A DNA stretch of 63,847 nt, filler included, from Lama guanicoe (Eukaryota): assembly GCA_013239625.1 (NCBI GenBank). It is 165 parts of 165 records of this genome, joined end to end, with 100 filler letters (N's around TTAATTAATTAA, not from the genome) between each part and the next. Parts side by side here need not be neighbours in the genome. Positions count along the whole stretch, not along the records: positions 59,669 to 59,957 come from PNXV01053389.1; positions 60,058 to 60,346 come from PNXV01053390.1; positions 60,447 to 60,735 come from PNXV01053391.1; positions 60,836 to 61,124 come from PNXV01053392.1; positions 61,225 to 61,513 come from PNXV01053393.1; positions 61,614 to 61,902 come from PNXV01053394.1; positions 62,003 to 62,291 come from PNXV01053395.1; positions 62,392 to 62,680 come from PNXV01053396.1; 157 more parts are not named here. One strand, given 5' to 3'. This document shows, in pieces, positions 59,569 to 63,847 of this stretch; the stretch's first letter is position 1; every line of letters starts with the position of its first letter. A program made the translations under genes and the position numbers. The notes under the pieces were generated by a model. It saw only the letters and a list, made by a program, of their open reading frames with translations, had not been told where the DNA came from and ran no database searches.

Positions 59569-60595
59569 NNNNNNNNNNNNNNNNNNNNNNNNNNNNNNNN
59601 NNNNNNNNNNNNTTAATTAATTAANNNNNNNNNNNNNNNNNNNNNNNNNNNNNNNNNNNNNNNNNNNNGTTGACAGTGTTCTCAAGCATCATAAAAATAT
59701 ATTTATGCTTTAACCTACAATTCTACATATAATTTCTTATGCAAAATAAATTTTATAATCATTATTTATAGAGACAAATTTATTTATATGTAACATTATT
59801 ATTTAGAATGATAAGAAAGTTAATTAAATATCTGAAATCAATTTAAATAAATTAGACAATGGCCAATTGACGAAACATTATGAACATTATTAGGTACTAT
59901 TTTAATTTTAAAGATTATATAACAATCTAGAAACACTTGATTGATAAAATTTTAAGCNNNNNNNNNNNNNNNNNNNNNNNNNNNNNNNNNNNNNNNNNNN
60001 NTTAATTAATTAANNNNNNNNNNNNNNNNNNNNNNNNNNNNNNNNNNNNNNNNNNNNTTTTTCTATTGGCTTTCTAAATTACTTTTTCAGTGATTTGACT
60101 CTATAAAATGAAGCCCCAATTACCATGAAGTGAACTTTTTTCTGTTGTTTGTATTTTTGCCTTATTTTCACTAGTCAGTTATTTTCTTCAAGTTTTTTAT
60201 ACTATGCTAATAGATGAAGTTTGCTTTGTGTAACATTTAGCTACATGACGGGTACACAAATATAATTTTGTAAGTTTTCAAACATTTTAAAAGTATTCAG
60301 AGTCAAATTAGATCCCCTGATCTTTCTCTAGCCTATTATCTGAGTTNNNNNNNNNNNNNNNNNNNNNNNNNNNNNNNNNNNNNNNNNNNNTTAATTAATT
60401 AANNNNNNNNNNNNNNNNNNNNNNNNNNNNNNNNNNNNNNNNNNNNGACAGCAGACACAGGGCACCACGTTTGGAAATTCCTCCTCTGTCTGATTCTTTC
60501 AAACCAAGTTCTTAACCGAGTATAGTTTGAGTGAACTCAATGTATCCTTTCAGAACTAATATAGGGGGTCGTGGTTAAGACCTGGGAATCCAAAA

Positions 60596-60735
60596 CGGCC
60601 ACGGAGCACTTGAACTGTGGCCAAGTTCAAAGGAGAGCCACAAGGTGTGCCGAGTTCCCCACGGAGCTCAAGGATTAGCAACAAAAAATCAAAAGAATGC
60701 AAAATATCTCAATAATATTGATACTGATTACACAT
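60596..60735. mobile_element. MER33-like (hAT-Charlie) remnant
   Basis: GAGCACTTGAACTGTGGCC...AAAAGAATGCAAAATATCTCAATAATATTGATACTGATTACA. Confidence 0.6.
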
Positions 60736-60835
60736 NNNNNNNNNNNNNNNNNNNNNNNNNNNNNNNNNNNNNNNNNNNNTTAATTAATTAANNNNNNNNN
60801 NNNNNNNNNNNNNNNNNNNNNNNNNNNNNNNNNNN

Positions 60836-61110
60836 CAGGTTAGGGCCTGGCAACCAGTGGGCTGAGGGCCAGCCCCCTCTACCAGCGTGTGACAATAGTT
60901 GACTCTACCACAGAAGATCCCAGTCAGTGCACACAGAGGACCCTCCAGGTCACACAACTCTGGGAAACAGAGAGGAGTGTGCTGCTGGGCCCCATGTAAG
61001 ACTGCTTTTCCTACGTAAGTCCACTTCTACAAGATTGGGAAACATAAATGACCTACCTAATACATACAAAAAAATAGAGACTTATGCAAAATGAGGTGAA
61101 AGAGGGATAT
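60836..61110 (+). mobile_element. L1 5' UTR end and degenerate ORF1 start
   Basis: AAGTCCACTTCTACAAGATTGGGAAACATAAATGACCTACCTAATACATA...GCAAAATGAGG(T)GAAAGAGGGATAT resembles the MRRQRNM ORF1 start. Confidence 0.6.
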
Positions 61111-63847
61111 AAAATATAAAAATANNNNNNNNNNNNNNNNNNNNNNNNNNNNNNNNNNNNNNNNNNNNTTAATTAATTAANNNNNNNNNNNNNNNNNNNN
61201 NNNNNNNNNNNNNNNNNNNNNNNNTGCCAAGTGCCGGCAAACCAAGGGCAGCGGGGCTGACGGCCACCGTGACCGCCGTCGGGGGCGGGCAAGGGCCACC
61301 AGGCTCCGTCCTGCGGCCTGCGCGTCACACCAGCCGAAGCATCTGAGCACTGGCCGTGTGCCTGCGCCACGTGGCCCGGGTCCTTCCACGAGAGCACCGT
61401 GGGGCCCCCCAGGGACCAAAGCCAGCGGAGGCGGGAGGCCCCGGGACTCTGACGTCCACAGAGGGAGCAGCTGGGGGTGCCAGGGTGTGAGCGCTTACGG
61501 TGGGAGACTGCCCNNNNNNNNNNNNNNNNNNNNNNNNNNNNNNNNNNNNNNNNNNNNTTAATTAATTAANNNNNNNNNNNNNNNNNNNNNNNNNNNNNNN
61601 NNNNNNNNNNNNNTCCTTCTACGGAAGCCTGATAAATGTTTGCATTACCTGTATGGGTTCTTTGAAGAATCCATTGTGAGACACCTCTTCGAGAAGTTCT
61701 TCTAACTCAGATGAATGTATCCTTCACCAGGATAACACATTATTTCTATCACAGCGCCAAAGTACCCTGTGGTCCTTCTTCAGCCTCCATCTGCTGCAAT
61801 TCCATCTCCCACTCCAATGGTCCCACTGAAAGAACCTAATCCAACATCACACGGCCTCTCTGATACGTAGGGTCCACCTACGAGCCTCAGGAGGCACCTG
61901 TGNNNNNNNNNNNNNNNNNNNNNNNNNNNNNNNNNNNNNNNNNNNNTTAATTAATTAANNNNNNNNNNNNNNNNNNNNNNNNNNNNNNNNNNNNNNNNNN
62001 NNTCTGGCTCTGTCTCAGTGGGCTCTAGAAGTCCTGCATTGATCAGGAAAAGGAGAGCATGCTGCTTCAGGTCTGACTCACGCCAACCGACGTGCACAGA
62101 GGCCACCTTTAGCTTGAGGCAGAGACAGTTCAGGGGCTGCCAGCTTCATTGCACATGTTACTCTGGCCAGGTGCCCCAGATGAGAGAAGGAGCACTGGGG
62201 AGAGTCACGTGTGGGGCAGAGTCAGAGGCCTGGCCTTTCATTCAACACTGGGTTCCCAGCACCCTTCTTTGGGTCTGAACCCAGATCATGGNNNNNNNNN
62301 NNNNNNNNNNNNNNNNNNNNNNNNNNNNNNNNNNNTTAATTAATTAANNNNNNNNNNNNNNNNNNNNNNNNNNNNNNNNNNNNNNNNNNNNTTTTTTCCC
62401 TCATTATCTAAAATTTAAGCTCATTGAGAGTAGACAATTTAATCTGTATCTTCAAGTTCCATTAAAAATAATAACCATTTGCTGAGAAAGTACAATATCA
62501 CTAGCTAGTAATATTATTTGAATGTATACATTTAAAATATTATTGAGGAATCAAATTTTTAGGTAAGGAAATGTGGAAGCTACTCAATTAATTAAATAAA
62601 ATGAAACACTCTAACCTGACTGCCACAAATAACTAATTAAGTGTGGTTGCAATTTTGGTGAGAAGTCACAAAACATTTAANNNNNNNNNNNNNNNNNNNN
62701 NNNNNNNNNNNNNNNNNNNNNNNNTTAATTAATTAANNNNNNNNNNNNNNNNNNNNNNNNNNNNNNNNNNNNNNNNNNNNTTGAGCTTTTAATGAAGTAG
62801 CACTGAACTTATTTTACCATTTCTTGGTCCTTTTGATTAGACCTATGATTTGTTTAATATTCAGGGATATGACTCCGAAATGAAATTTGAAGTGTCACTA
62901 ATACTAGAAGATATAATAGTGGGTGAGTCTGTGACTTATCCATGGAAGAGAAGAAAAGAGATTTTTATAAATTCTACTTGTGATAAAAATAAGGGAAAAT
63001 TAAGCTCCTAAGTAGTTTGGTGTGTCACGTCTTTTATTTAGTAATTGAGTTTGCATGGTTTTTTTTTTTNNNNNNNNNNNNNNNNNNNNNNNNNNNNNNN
63101 NNNNNNNNNNNNNTTAATTAATTAANNNNNNNNNNNNNNNNNNNNNNNNNNNNNNNNNNNNNNNNNNNNAAACTTCATGATAAACAAAAAATGGTGTATT
63201 TGCTAAAATATTTAAAGCATTTCTTTTTAAGTCTGCTGATTAGTTTAATTAAGTCATCTTAATGAAGGATATAAGTCAAATTTGAATCCTGGACAAAGTT
63301 TCATATAAATAGCAGGATTATGCGATACTCACTTATATTATTCCATTGTGAAGACTGTCAACTTTGAGTGATGGCAACACAAAATGCAGGTGATCAATAA
63401 ACATTTATAGCATTTCACTAAAATCTGAGTCTATTCTGAATAACCTATTTTTAAAAAANNNNNNNNNNNNNNNNNNNNNNNNNNNNNNNNNNNNNNNNNN
63501 NNTTAATTAATTAANNNNNNNNNNNNNNNNNNNNNNNNNNNNNNNNNNNNNNNNNNNNATATAGAAAGAAAAATACATCTTTTTCTCAAAAGACAGCTAT
63601 GTTTTTTGAAATCTCAGCGTAGCCTTAGAAGGAGTATTTTTACAGACCTATTATTAAATTCACGGCATACACATCACTAAGGGAACTCTGTCACTGAATC
63701 TACTCTCTGCTATGAGTATCTTTCACATTACTTTTAAGAATATATGCATACATCAAATCTGAAAGCAAGCCTTTACATGAAGAAGGAAAGATAGATACAT
63801 TTTTTTCCTAGAAAGAAAGCTAGGCTTTTCTCACTTTCAATGTAGCT

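Larger units (their letters stand above)
288..63558. other. Artificial linker N44-TTAATTAATTAA-N44, repeated 164 times and separating 165 unplaced fragments
   Basis: First linker: N 288-331, TTAATTAATTAA 332-343, N 344-387. It recurs with a period of about 387, then 388, then 389 nt. The 12-mer is palindromic and has TAA in all six frames. Confidence 0.99.

Noticed and set aside
61614..61902. Possible decayed coding sequence (LLRKPDKCLHYLYGFFEESIVRHLFEKFF on plus; QRTHTG on minus)
   Set aside because: The frames checked contain stops and I could not assign a family. One zinc-finger-linker-like hexapeptide without Cys/His spacing is insufficient.
531..62343. Apparent family of ORFs ending in XXX...LIN or XXX...N
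   Set aside because: These are translations through the N-run into the linker, and most start at chance ATG/TTG/GTG codons. Only the OR, AFDN and mucin ORFs have protein-level support as host genes.
288..63558. CRISPR-like or cassette-array-like pattern of an invariant palindrome separating equal-length unique segments
   Set aside because: The palindrome sits inside fixed N-runs, is a six-frame stop linker, and the segments are sorted by length. It is an assembly artefact in mammalian DNA, with no cas or integrase genes.

Overview
This window is not a contiguous locus. It is an artificial concatenation of 165 short, unrelated assembly fragments (284-289 bp, ordered by increasing length), joined by 164 identical 100-nt linkers (N44-TTAATTAATTAA-N44). 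The linker has stop codons in all six frames and explains the many ORFs ending in 'XXX...LIN' or 'XXX...N'. The DNA is eutherian mammal, most likely a camelid (alpaca, llama or camel): it carries Vic-1-type tRNA-derived SINEs and cetartiodactyl-style L1 ends, and I saw no ruminant, pig or primate SINEs. Most fragments are LINE-1, LTR/ERV, MIR, L2 or DNA-transposon debris, or anonymous non-coding DNA. The recognisable genic pieces are AFDN coding exon 1, an OR5M-like and an OR2-like olfactory receptor fragment, the 3' end of an IGLV gene with an intact 23-RSS, and a MUC5B-like PTS mucin segment. There are also several CpG-island promoter pieces, one of them MAGE-like. Tandem repeats include a ~247-bp satellite monomer, 16-bp and ~19-bp satellite-like arrays, and a GC-rich VNTR. 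Two fragments are 97%-identical copies with the same ends. Adjacency between fragments has no biological meaning, so no multi-gene system can be inferred and I do not claim one. All repeat-family and gene names come from recognising the sequence, not from database searches.
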